Source: Catajapyx aquilonaris
Lineage: Eukaryota
Assembly (NCBI GenBank): GCA_000934665.2
Contig: KZ539148.1
Location: 1 to 32,664, forward strand
Direction of reading: 5' to 3'
Length of the DNA stretch: 32,664 nucleotides
A program made the position numbers and the translations under genes. Numbering within the stretch: the first letter of the stretch is position 1; every line of letters begins with the position of its first letter. Shown here piece after piece: positions 13,929 through 25,766 of the stretch. The notes under the pieces were generated by a model. It worked only from the letters and a program-made list of their open reading frames with translations. It made no database searches and was not told the origin of the DNA.

Positions 13929-14293
13929 TATTTTATTTGATTTTATTTTTATTTATTTATTTTACCCTGTGATGTCCCTTACGGGAGCTATAGGGGGGTG
14001 GCATACCACCATCAGTTTTCTGTATATATTTTCACTTCATTCACCGGTGCAAGGAAACAGGGACAATGGGAAAGGGTAGGATTTTTGGGGAGGGAACATG
14101 GGTGCAAGGTGCAATGTCGTAGCTAATGGGTCATGTGCTGTTCCCCAGGAGGTTAGGTTGCCAGACACCTCCTTGGTGCAGGTCAGAGACCCTCCTGACG
14201 CAGGTGAAAGGAAAGTTCCCCAGGCGGGGATCGAACCTGGGGCCTTTCACTCAGCAAGCCGAGACGTTACCATCTCGGCCACTACACCTCCCC
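13929..14293 (-). mobile_element. Full-length tRNA-derived SINE (copy A)
   Basis: The minus strand starts GGGGAGGTGTAGTGGCCGAGATGG (A box) followed by GGTTCGATCCC (B box). It ends in a stem-loop and a (TAAA)n tail. An 11-bp TSD AGAAGCGTGAT lies at 13918-13928 and 14294-14304. Confidence 0.9.
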
Positions 14294-14519
14294 AGAAGCG
14301 TGATAATATAAATAATTATCCCACTTAGCAAAAAAAAAAAAACGTTGAACTTCTTATCAATTTGATATAATATTGATCAAACTTCCAGTGATATACTCTT
14401 ATGACTAGGATGAGGGAAGCACTAGGCCCAGAGAAGGTTCACATTGTTGACATTGTCCATCTTTCATTGAGACAGGCATTTAAAACACGAATAACCTACA
14501 TCAAACATGAAGCTTTGTA

Positions 14520-14600
14520 CAGCTGAATCCGAATATAACAGACTTCAAGGGGCCGTGGAGAAAAGTATGTTATAACCGAGGTCTGTTATAGCCAAATGCC
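14520..14600. mobile_element. Pogo/Tigger-like transposon terminus
   Basis: TA|CAGCTGAATCCGAATATAACAGACTTCAAGGGGCCG followed by repeated GTTATAAC/GTTATAGC subterminal motifs, as in pogo-type MITE ends. The other end was not found. Confidence 0.5.
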
Positions 14601-15211
14601 CAAATCGACACTTTTGCAACGAATACACCAAGTTTTCTGCTTTTCATATGCCCATAATCCACACTATAGGTACTCCAAGCTGATTAATGAAATCCATAAA
14701 AAATGCTAGCTCACCCGAAAATTATTTTGATCAAGCCTTCATTAAATCAGCATACACTATGGACGAGCATATTTTTGACGGCTTACTGTTATAGGCGCCG
14801 AAAAATTCTTAGTGTTTAATGGAAATTCATCGCTATTTCCAAATTCCTTAGGTGACGCGTAAGTCGTAACTCATAATGACATTTCATTCAGTCTGAACCA
14901 TGGTCTTGTCTGAACTGTATATTTGACCTCTGGCCAGTCGAAAAATAAAATGCCCTCGAAATATTGGGATCTTTCCGAATCCAGTGGACCAAAATGTTGC
15001 TGGACCATCTCGGATTTTGCTGGGGAAAAATCACAGAAGTGCACACCTATGCCATAAAGCTAATACTATGTTTATGTTTCAACCATATTGTGCAATACCG
15101 TTGGGAGGGGTTATTCTCCCGAAATTTGGGAAGGGGCTGAAAATGAGCCCGTTTGGTGAATTTTGTAGCACCCAAAATTCTTAGACTCATGCCCGATGGA
15201 ATGCCACATAC

Positions 15212-15456
15212 ATTATTATAATAATTTGGACCCCGCGCTAGAGCCGTGGGCCCTCTTAGGGGGGTGGGATACCACCATAGTTTTAAAATATCTGGAACTC
15301 TTGCTTTCGTTTTTACTTCTCGTATATGGGGATGGGATAGGGACGGAAGGAAGCGGCTGTGGCCTATAATTACGGACACGACCCCGGAATTTTCCTGGTG
15401 AGACCATGGGAAACCACAGAAAACCACGGTCGGGGGCCACCGGGATTCGAACCCGG
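15212..15456 (-). mobile_element. tRNA-derived SINE (copy B), 5' end disrupted
   Basis: On the minus strand there is a B box GGTTCGAATCCC, a body GTGGTTTTCTGTGGTTTCCC..CAGGAAAATTCCGGGG..GGCCACAGCCGCTTCCTTCC, and the 3' module ATGGTGGTATCCCACCCCCCTAAG..GGGG shared with copy A. The tail is AT-rich. Confidence 0.8.
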
Positions 15457-15457
15457 G

Positions 15458-15644
15458 AGGGGGGGGGGTTGGGAGGGGTTGTAACCCCCCCCCCCCNNNN
15501 NNNNNNNNNNNNNNNNNNNNNNNNNNNNNNNNNNNNNNNNNNNNNNNNNNNNNNNNNNNNNNNNNNNNNNNNNNNNNNNNNNNNNNNNNNNNNNNNNNNN
15601 NNNNNNNCCCCCCCCCCCTTACAAATTTTCTGGCTACGCCGCTG
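15458..15644. mobile_element. GC-rich MITE end spanning an assembly gap
   Basis: An internal G-run/C-run hairpin (GGGGTTGTAACCCC) and the terminus TTCTGGCTACGCCGCTG are visible. 111 Ns interrupt it. Confidence 0.45.
15497..15607. other. Assembly gap (111 N) between poly-C runs
   Basis: The Ns are directly visible. A single N also occurs at 4303, at a poly-T/poly-G junction. Confidence 0.99.
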
Positions 15645-15949
15645 TACAGACCTATCTTCAGCCATACGGACCTACCTTCTATACTGCACCAATCAACTCA
15701 CCAGGGTTATAATACACGTACGCAGCCTGTCCACAACGAGCACATGTGCAACTCTTGGCGGCAAGACCCAACTGCATACACCCTCTACATTGCCTTAGTC
15801 CCCGCATATAGCCTACATATCAAACAATTCTTTACTTTTCAACTCGAGACCTGGTCAACGCCGCCACTACGCAGGGCCTCTGTTACTGCGTCATGTTGCC
15901 TTTTTTCACGATACGTCAGCGAGGGCGTATTCTGATCCTCCACACCTTT

Positions 15950-16461
15950 AGTGGTGACGTCACGGGTGTCCTGTAAACGGATGCCACCTCGCTCCGACCA
16001 ATTTTTGCGTAAAAAGACTTGCTGTGTTCGCGTCGGAGAGTGTCAGAGGAAGTGTGGGGCGGCCGGCTGCACTTGCACCGGGCCTCGGAGAGTTACGGAG
16101 ACGGAGGAGGACCTGCGCGGGACCGGACCAATTCGCGCCGAAGGCGCGCAAATGGGGCGCACCCTTGGGCGCACTCATTGTTGTTGGTTGATTGTTGCAG
16201 GTGTGGTATTTGTCACACTCCATTGGTGACTCCGTTGATGACATGCTCCAGGTTATTGTTGCCAGCCCTGTGGTGGTGGCCCTGGGTATTTGTCATGCTT
16301 CATTGGTCACTCCGTTGACGACGAACTCCAGGTTATTATTGCCAGCTCTCTAGCGGTGCTGGGTAGGCGCGGGCGGGAACGCGTGGCGCACCAATTGGGG
16401 CCCAGCCCCAAGGGGGGGTGCGAGAGGCGGAGCCCCCCCGCCTCGCAAAGCGAGTCGCTAA
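15950..16461 (+). mobile_element. GC-rich non-autonomous element, probably Helitron-like, with an internal ~80-bp tandem duplication
   Basis: A 3' hairpin GCGAG(A)GGCGG-AGCCCC-CCGCCTCGC is followed about 11 nt later by CTAA|T (CTRR-type end). Two copies of GGTATTTGTCA...CCAGGTTATT.TTGCCAGC start at 16205 and 16285. The 5' boundary is uncertain. Confidence 0.5.
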
Positions 16462-16991
16462 TATTGCCCGAAGTAGTTATCGTTTTATGTTACTTGTTGC
16501 GCACGGCACTATAGTGTGCAGGGTTGATCAGTATATAGGCCTAAGTTAGGCGCCTAACATTATGGGCATGTAGATCTATTCTAGGACCAAATACTCTACG
16601 CAAGAATAGGTGGTCTGACCAAACTCTATTATCAGGAGGATATTCGATAGAATTTGCCTGCGGGTGTCGCTAAACGAAATACTGAAATACAGAGCGATCT
16701 ATGTCACAATTTATCGAAATTGAGTTAGACATTGCGTAATGTTTAGTCCTTATAGGGGTGGCGGTGGTCTAGTGGTCCACTGACCACTGGCAAGAATCTT
16801 GTACACAAATATGAAGCTGTTGGGTGTTATGCATTTGTTGAACTCTCCTGGACTTCTATTGGCTATTGATGGCTTAAATAGATTCTTCCATTGAACCTAT
16901 TAACTGGTGCTCTGAGTGTGAATCATCCTGCATTAATCACACCAAATCTTAACTCCAGTGCTTGCTGCAATTAAGCGACACGCAGATTTAA

Positions 16992-18024
16992 GGTGGAAAT
17001 GAAACTAGAGTCTCTTAATGAGAATTTTATGAAAAAAACATGTTACGCAGTTTTGTGTCCTCTTATCAATGGTGCAAAGAAAAATACACGTCACCGTGCA
17101 AATTAGCGAACTGGAGGGCTCAGAAGTTCGCGATTTAACATGGGCCCTTATGGCAGAATTTTCAATAGTCCACAAAAAAATCATAAGTAAATGAGAATTT
17201 TAAAATTTAATGTGGAATATGTCTGGAATTACATACTGATCGTAACCGCAAAAAGAACACCCTACCTCACCGTGCTCTTTCAATTTGTATTGCTGAAAAA
17301 CGATCCGAAAATGATCCAGTGACGTCACATTGCTCCACTCGAGTGAGGAAGTGGCAACACAGCGTTGTTTACGGCAGCGAGATACGGTTGCATACGACCG
17401 CGAAATATGAGTGCAAGTTAGTATGATGGGTTTTACAATGGCTCACACAGGATTTTCGTTTGGCGGGGTTGTTTGTCAGACGTCAGAAGCGTTATATTAG
17501 TTTATATAGTTATAATTATAATATAATAATCGAATGATTCGAATCCACCCGGCAATGACGTCACATACTGCTACGCGATAATTGGCCCGGACCTTTGCTG
17601 CGTTGCCGCTTCTATCTGTCACGCGCGTACCAACTGAACGTGTTCCAAATCCGACACAAATGAAGAGCTACAGGCTCCCCTTTCGGAACTAAACTTTTAA
17701 AAATGCCATGACAAATTGGGACCTCGTAATTACGACCGAATAAAATCGATTTCCACCAAAAATAAAAAAATATTAAGCACACCTCCAAATACCATGTTTA
17801 AGTTGGCAGTCGTGAAAATTGAGCCTGCGCACAAAAACTTGCAGCCGGTAATAGGCCCATATTAAATCGAGTTTAAAACGCAGATTCGAATGGAATGCAT
17901 ATGATTGAACAGCATTTACTGCTGCATCGGCTGCGTATGTTTCCCTGATTTTAGCCCTTCTTATTATTAACATTCCAATTCTAGACTATCATTTGATTTA
18001 ATAGCAAGTCGCTTCATTTCCACC
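16992..18024. mobile_element. Kolobok-like non-autonomous DNA transposon (~1.03 kb)
   Basis: The ends read TTAA|GGTGGAAATGAA ... TTCATTTCCACC|TTAA. A TTAA TSD with purine-purine termini fits Kolobok rather than piggyBac (CCY). There is an inverted subterminal motif CGATTTAACATGGGCC / GGCCCATATTAAATCG. Confidence 0.75.
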
Positions 18025-18424
18025 TTAAAGGCGACTGAAAACGGTGCTTGTGCGCCTGTGCGGGCACGGGATATGTTCATCATGGACCATGTGCCCGTTG
18101 TGCCGTCGTGCCGATGAGAGCACATGCGAGCATGACCCATTGATTGATAATATTAAAATTTTCGGTAATCATCTTCACTATATCTTTACCGATACCATAA
18201 GTTGACTAGGTAGGAGAGGCACCTACTTGTAGACTCGAGAACTCCTACTCGTCTTCGGCAATAGTGTGAAACGGTATCACTGACGAATAATAACATTGTT
18301 TGTGTCACGATTCTTGTACAGTAGCTTTGGACTTTTGGACTAAATATTTCCGATTCCAACCATACGAAGCTGAATAAAACGGTGTCGCTTCTGGTAACGC
18401 GTAAAATATTTTGCGTAAGTTATA

Positions 18425-18866
18425 CAGGGTGTCCACAAATGATGGGGCCAAAGTAAAAAAAAATCTAGAAAATGCAACATACAAGGTACAACTCCCGTAC
18501 ATATCTCATAGCAAAGAGGAAGGTTGAAAGTTTTTTTTACATACATACAAACCCTCGATATGAGCACCGCGTGTGACACGGCAGGCGTTCAACCGGAAAT
18601 CGGTGCATTGTAGCATGTCCGGCGTTATGGAAGCCACGACAGAAGTGATGCGGTGCTTCATTTTGGCCGAAGATCTCGGGAGGGGTGGCACAAACACTGC
18701 ATTCTTAATGTACCCCCACAAAAAAAAATCACATGGCGTCAAATCCAGTGAACGGGGTGGCCAAGCCCGGAACACTGCATCGCTGTTAGTGGAACGCTCC
18801 GATCCACCTTTGAGGCAGTATAGCCGATTCAGGTAGTCGCGTATGTGGAGATGGAAATGCGGAGGC
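18425..18866 (-). mobile_element. Tc1/mariner (Tc3/maT/rosa-like) remnant: transposase C-terminus and 3' TIR
   Basis: The minus strand reads ..PPHFHLHIRDYLNR.. then WPPRSLDLTPCDFFLWGYIKNAVF..RLNACRVTRGAHIEGL, matching WPPRSPDLxPxDFFLWG..GxHxE. The terminus TA|CAGGGTGTCCAC is at 18423-18436. The 5' part is missing. Confidence 0.9.
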
Positions 18867-19652
18867 TGTTTTGGTTTTCTAATTAAACATTATTCCTATT
18901 CTTTAAAGGCCTGTGGTGTTCAAGTTTTGCAAGGAAGTGTATTTTTGGAACAGATTAAAGTGACTTAATTCCACATAATTGTGGGAGTTATAGCCATTGT
19001 GAATGTAATACTAGTCTTCCTTACCTTCCATTTTAAGTGCTCCATATGGTGTAGGTGTTGTTACAAATACACGTATCTCAAAAAGATAAAATTTGGCGAG
19101 TGACCATCATAAATTGACTGTTACATCCCCATATATCTTCGTGAAATATCATTGCAGATGCCTCAAATAGCTCTTGCAAGAGGATGTACAGTACCTATTC
19201 ACATTTTTAAAAATCAAATAGGAATTTATCTATCCATGCATTTTCTGCTTATTTACTGGATTGTTGTGTACAACTTCCAATATTGGTCGCAATTGTCGTA
19301 AAGCTTAAAAAATTGAGCTTTGTATACCTTACTTGGTCCAGCCAGTTTCACAGTCCTCTTGAGAAACATCCCCATCTGCCATGAAATTTTCAGGGTCACC
19401 AAGGGAGAATGACTCGAACAAGCCCTGTCACTGCTGGCTCATTTTCATCTGACTGTACCCTTGTACACAGTTTCTTTGGTGCCTTGTTTTTAGCTTAGCC
19501 ATTTTATGCCCAGCATTGAGCTCATGCCCATATTTATGTGCGTCTGTTGTTTCAGACACTTGCCCAGATCGGCTGGATGGCATGGGTGACACCAGCAGTC
19601 ACTCTTTACTCATGTCATTTGCATAAGGAACCAGCTTCTTGCCAAAGATATA

Positions 19653-20049
19653 CAGGGTGGTCCAACTTCAAGTGTCGTTTTATAACGGCGATTAATATCA
19701 GTGATTTTGCGATGACGTAGCAGCGACGTGTAAAATGTCCCACTTCGGCGCCATCGAAAATATTAGCTGCCAATAGCAGCACACATGTGATCAACCCTGC
19801 TGCTGGGTTGACCTGGAAAAAAGGAGGTGCACACATGACCTGCGATGCACCTGGGTGAAATGGGTGACGTCCAAGGCACCAGATGGACCATGGACCTGTA
19901 ATGCAAGGAGGAAGCCTGCAAACGAAACACAGCTAATATTTTCGATGGCGCCGAAGTGGGCCATTTTACACGTGGCTGCTACGATGATAATCGTAAAGTG
20001 CTTCTATTAATAGCCGTTATAAAACGACACTTGAAGTTGGACCACCCTG
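19653..20049. mobile_element. Tc1/mariner-type MITE with ~117-bp inverted arms
   Basis: TA|CAGGGTGGTCCAACTTCAAGTGTCGTTTTATAACGGC...CCCACTTCGGCGCCATCGAAAATATTAGCTG has a highly similar inverse ending CACCCTG|TA. Confidence 0.92.
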
Positions 20050-22632
20050 TATGTACAGGATGAAAATTCCACATCCTGAAAGAGTTTGGTCTGCTCCCAC
20101 AAAATCAACTGGCAAAGTAAATAGGTATAATGTCAATTAAATCACCATTGTTATTATTGTGAGATCTTCCAGTGATGCACAAGTTGGTACTCTGAAGCGT
20201 ACAAACTTGCAAGAAGTACACAAGATCAACAATAAACTAGACAACTTCAACAACTATGGTTAGCCTATAAATAATACCACATATTACATCTCAAATACCT
20301 GAAAGACAGCTCAAAACCAGAGGATTCCAAACGTTAAAAATTTGCACTATTACACCATCCTTTGAAGAAATCACCCATCATTACTCTAATTACACTACAT
20401 TATTGGCACTTTTGCAGCAATGCTACAGGTTGACAAAAAAGGTCAGCCCAATGATTATGTTGCTAATACATCCCTAGTTGTTAGTGAGCATGACACAATA
20501 CCCTAGAAACATTGGAACTTACTGAACCATCAGGACAACTGCACAATATATGTGGATAACACAGGAAAAGTGTGACCGTAATACTGCACAATATAAGTAT
20601 TAAACTGTGATCAGCACAAGTACTACTCAAATTGTCAGTTGAATACCTAAAGCAAGTAATGCTCCATGAATGAGGATAATGCGATGCAAAAGAACCAATC
20701 AAAAATCTTGCTATTGGACACAGGATCAGGTACCCCAATTGAGTACTACTTTGCTTTTTGTCTCTAATCCTGTTGTCTCTGCTTCTTCAATGTTCAACAG
20801 TTAGGCAACTCTGTAAAACATTGTGGGTTTAGTATTCTCTTCATGATGCATCTCATCCTTACAATAAATAATGCTGTCGTGGCACTAATAAATTATGAGT
20901 AAAACACATAATGTGGTAGATTGGTTCCTTCCGACGCCGTATTCCATTACATTTTTTGATAATGCATACACTACGTCCATTGCCAATGTCATGGCTAACC
21001 TAATGTAACATCTAAAATTATGTAACAGTCTTGCCAAAATACCTTCTTACATAAACCTACACTCACTGATGCACAATCCACTCTAACACATTATGTTAGA
21101 AACTGCATGTGTCCATCTGCACTGTCACATCACCTGACTGAATGCTGATAATACTTGAGGCATATGTAAAACTTGATTTGTCACAACAAGAACAGTGCAC
21201 ACACTAATTGTGTTAAATGGACCCTATGAGATCGATATCAGTATTGTTGATGCCTGCCTAACACTGGCCAAATGTGATTCATGAGCTTCTCTTACCTTGA
21301 AACCCATTTTGAGTTTCAGTGACATTGCGAGAAAAAAGAAACCGTAATCACTGGTTTACAGTGAACATAACTTCATAGGTGCATGCGAAGTGTACAAATA
21401 ATTCATAAAAGACAAAAGGTGAATAAAATATCAATCTGCAAAAATGTGATATGCCATCATTTCCATAACAGCCCTTAGCATATCATATGTTTTGGCAATA
21501 TTGGATCCCTGATATGGTTGTCAGATTCATAAACTCTATTTGCATTGCAAATACTCCATCCATGCATTGTCTGTACGTGACATTTAGATGAGGTGGTTAA
21601 ATTCAGCATCACTACAATAACATAAAGTGGTCTAGAAACACTAATGCAATTATTGGGTACCATCCAACTATCAAGATCAAAAATGAGATGCAAATAAATT
21701 TTAATGTAGCCTGTAGATTGTCACCATTAAAAATGAGACATATCTATCACGGATCATATGCAACCACAAGGATTACAAACACATGTTACAACATTCACAA
21801 ATAAATAGCCCACTGCAGAGGTTAATTCCAAAACAAGCTATGAGCTTTTGGTTCAAATAGGTTGGATTATAAGCAATGCTTTGTTTACTTTGCTCGTAAA
21901 CTTCACAAAGGAACAAATATTATTGTGATTGAATTAATTCTTTAATTTACTAGTATCACCTTGTCACAAACATTCATTGTCAAAATAAAACTGCTCATAA
22001 AATCACACCTGGACTTTCAAACAACAACTACTTACAATGTAAGATAACTTTCTCCATCCTTGTCTCTTCTCAAACTGAACAAGACCTAACCCTTAACCCT
22101 CCAACTTTCTGTCAGAGGTAAAAAGCCAGTCACATATCTTAACCCTAATTGGACGGGTGCCATTTCATAATTTGTGAAAATATTTGGAGAGCTCAGCTAA
22201 AAACCTGCTCGCCTCTTGTTACTGACATGGAATGGTCGAATTGCGATCAAAGTCACAACTTGGATTGATCTAAATTCTACAGGCTCATGGCAGTTTGAGT
22301 CGCAGATCTGAGAAGCAATTCTCTTACCGCTGGGAGGGGAATAAATGCATTCCAATGGGCACACTACGACGACAATTGTCTTTTCAATTTATTATTATTA
22401 TTTTTTGACAAATTCACTTTTTGATGCAACCTGCACTAATTAACGGTCTGGTCTATGTCATGTTACTGGCAAAAACTCCAGGGGTCTTGCAGAGACTATG
22501 TAACAATCCCTTACTGGCTGTCTCTTGAGAGGCCTACCCCATCAGTGGCACATGTGTGCCCCACCTGATAAGCCCGCACAGGGCGTGAAGCTTGGCCCAT
22601 TGACCCTAACTACAGTTACCAACATAATTATA

Positions 22633-23551
22633 CAGGGTAGCGCATATTTATGAATATGATGTTTCAAAGGCTGTAGCATTTAAACTACTGCGTGTAAAGT
22701 ATCAAACGTAGCATCACTGGGTAGCCTGATATTGGGATTAACGATGTGCTACATCGGGAAATCTCCCCATTGTTGTAATAGGGAATGGCGGCGAATCAAT
22801 TGTCAGATCAATTTATTGTTGGAGCAGCACGTACGTTGTGTGCGTTTATACTGCACAACAAACAATATATTATGCAGGTGAAACGAAAGATGTGTTAGGA
22901 GGCAGTGACTTCGTTTCTGCGATGTACCGGAAGCCGTGAATTTGACCTCATCTGTCCTAATGAATCCAAACCTAGGTTTTCCTGCATCATTCCAAACCAT
23001 ACGCCTGCGAACTGCACATGGCTATCCGGGTCGTCCTCATTAAGAGCATTAAGGAAATGAGGGTGATATGACTTTCAGTTCAGACCGTTCTTTATTTTCT
23101 CAAGTGTTCTGCAAGGAATGCTCAGCTGTTTGGACACACACTGCTGTGACTTCAGCTTCTCAGGCCACAAGAGCTCTGTTGTCATCAGTACTCATACTCC
23201 TCAGCCTACCTGCTCCCTTCGCTTGAAAGACCGTGCTGCTGGTGTCAAATTTTGTGTTTACTTTTGCCATGATTAGCACACTACCTAGGGCCACTGCAAT
23301 CCTTCGTTGCACCTCTGCATAATTGTTTGTCGTCGAGTATAAACGACAAAATGCACGTGCTGCTCCAACAATTGCTCTGACAATTGATTCGCCACCATTC
23401 CCTATTACAACAATGGGGGGGATTTCCCAATGCAGTGAATCGTTAATCCCAATCTCAGGCTATACAGTGAGGCCACTTTCAATACTTTCCGCACAGCAGT
23501 TCAAATGCTACAGCCTTTGAAACATCATATACATAAATATTCGCCACCATG
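22633..23551 (-). mobile_element. Internally deleted mariner-like element with ~260-bp inverted arms and a decayed transposase 5' half
   Basis: Arms 22633-~22895 and ~23295-23551 are inverted copies, with the terminus TA|CAGGGTAGCG. The minus-strand remnant from ATG 23398 reads MVANQLS..LEQHV..LYSTTNNYAEVQRR..KFDTSSTVFQAKGAGRLRSMSTDDNR..SKQLSIP..YHPHFLNALNEDDPDSHVQF..TDEVKF. This corresponds to the HTH region through the first catalytic Asp of Tc3/maT-like transposases. Confidence 0.85.
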
Positions 23552-24479
23552 AACATAATTTTTAGGACTAAAAAGGGGACTATTTTTAAATAAATTTTTG
23601 GGAGGGAAATTTGATTAAGTTGGAGGAAGCCACCTATGCCAACAGCGGGATGTCTAGGTCAACAGCCTGTGCTTGACTTCATCAAAAAATTTCAGCACAA
23701 ACTGACGCAATATTTATTCTTATATTTTTTTTCTTCTAGTGGTGGAAAGTGAAAAATCCACTCCAAAACCCTGTAACTATATAGGGAAAAGCTCAGATTT
23801 TGCCAACATAATTTTTTCCACTTCCGTCACATATGTGATGGCCGTCCTATTAGGGTTAAATTATGTCCCATGTACACATTATTACTCAGAAGGGGTTCAG
23901 CTCAGTCTGACAGTAATACTTGCCAGTGTATCAGCCACATACAACTACATATGAACCACACCAAACCTTTTGGAATAGTCCTGAACGTCACAATAATTAG
24001 AGAGCAATGTACAGGGGCAGATCATGAACATTGAGCACTTGAACATTTGACCACAATACCTAAACTGCACTATCCATCACTTACATGAAAATAGATAGAA
24101 ATCTTTTCCTGGGGAAGTTGGCCAGCAGGGCTACCAAAAATGCAGCCAGTCAGATTGCACCTTTAGTGCCAATTCTGCGTTACCATCTGGCAACTGGAAG
24201 GAACTTCAATGCAGCTCAAATAGCCTCACTTGTAAGTCAATCCTCTTGGCCAGCATATTGGAATGCAACATGTGGGATGTATTTTTATCGTTAAATTTAA
24301 AGAGGCATAAAACTGCTAGAACCAAAGAGTCCTGCATCAGTTAACCTAAAAATACCTGAGGCTATGAGTCACTTATCTTCAGTAAGACAAGCCCACAAAA
24401 GTTGAGATTCACCTAATATCAGCACTCATGTGCTATAATAAATGTCATTGCCCCAAACAAATGAAAACCATGGTGCTTT

Positions 24480-25333
24480 CTACCATCTTTTCTTTCTCTT
24501 CCGTACTTTCCAACCTTTCCCAAACCATCCTGGATTTTTCCCCTTGCTCTTTTGGTCTGACTCTACTGTTTGCTCTAGCCCAAAAGGTATTTCGTACAAC
24601 CCCTTTTCTATACACAATTGCTCGTCATTATTGCTACTGTCCTCAACTTTAACATCCTCGCTTCCTGACTGCTCTGAGTTTTCTGATGCCTCACTTTCAC
24701 TTTCTGTTACATAACGCTTTTTTCTTCGTAATGGCCGGTTCTCATCACAACATTCACATATTGACACACCTTCAGCCAATGCGAATGCTGGTGTGTAACG
24801 AACATATATAAATGCCCCAGGACACTTATCTTTCTCTTCCTTCGTATCCTTGCTAGCCTCTGGTTTCACCTCCTTTTCAAGTTTCACCGAATTATGTGCA
24901 GAAAAATTAATTGCAACAGTTCTTGCGTAACAGTGGTCCTGTAATAGAAACTCTAATCTGTCCTTTAGACTGGCACTGTCAGCTGTCCCATCACTATCTT
25001 CGATTTTGCATGATGAAAAACTCTCGCTTAAAGCTTCGTCCAGCTCCATTCTGTCACTGCCTTCACTTTGTTCTAGGTCACGATCATGCAATGACACTGT
25101 ACCTGAGCATGGTGCTTTCATATCACCTAGCAACACTTGAGAATCTTTGCTTTCAGCCTCAGAAGGATCCTCCCAAAATTTGTAGCAGTCCAATACTGGT
25201 CTATTTACAGTGTGCAATTCCAGAGGATGAAGTGGAGTAGCTTTCTCAAAGATGGGGTCCTCTTCTGGTGCGTAGAGTGGGATGGGAAGCTTTAAAATGT
25301 CCATGACTTTGATCATGACAGCATCACATTGAC
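24480..25333 (-). CDS. SIRT7: SIRT7 terminal coding exon (end of sirtuin domain and long C-terminal extension)
   Basis: The acceptor is CACAG|GT at 25334. The exon encodes (G)QCDAVMIKVMDILKLPIPLYAPEEDPIFEKATPL...PGWFGKGWKVRKRKKRW*, matching SIRT7 GKCDDVM..DPIFSLATPL and the terminal GWFGRG..KRKK motif. The phase fits the upstream exon. Confidence 0.95.
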
Positions 25334-25766
25334 CTGTGGTGAATAAAAATTCAAAACATTAACATTAAACTTTGCAAAAGTAATAAGCATGCAGCATCAT
25401 GTGCTTATGGAATTTATTCTAATGCACATGGGCCATGAATAATCACAAATAAATAATGTAATTATGAATGAGCAGTTCAGGACAGGAAGACCTAAATAAC
25501 CCAACATACAAGTAGGCCATGACAGATCTTCTTTAATGTATAGATGAACAGTTCTACAGAGTTATAACTGCATCCCAAACATTTTTTCTACCAGCCAGAT
25601 TTGCCTTTTCAATGGAATACAAGAAGGTAATTTGTAAATCACTGCTTAAAATAAGTGCAGAAGCAACTGTTTAATGCAAAAAAAATGTCAATTTAAATGG
25701 ACAAAGGGCCTTATTACAAAGCGTAACTTTTTGTTCAAAAATTACGATATATTGGGTCGGATGTAC

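Noticed and set aside
14215..14293. tRNA gene (also 30915-30992 and 15440-15456)
   Set aside because: A and B boxes are present but there is no complete cloverleaf. Each continues into a SINE body and tail, and two have TSDs.
16744..16790. SINE/tRNA head fragment (GGCGGTGGTCTAGTGG), and a lone B box near 27388
   Set aside because: Only a single promoter box is present in each case, with no recognisable body or tail.
19010..22330. Extra minus-strand exons suggested by several GTAAG donor-like sites (~19024, 19333, 21295, 22327)
   Set aside because: There is no consistent reading frame or recognisable protein. They could be non-coding exons, but this cannot be supported without RNA data.
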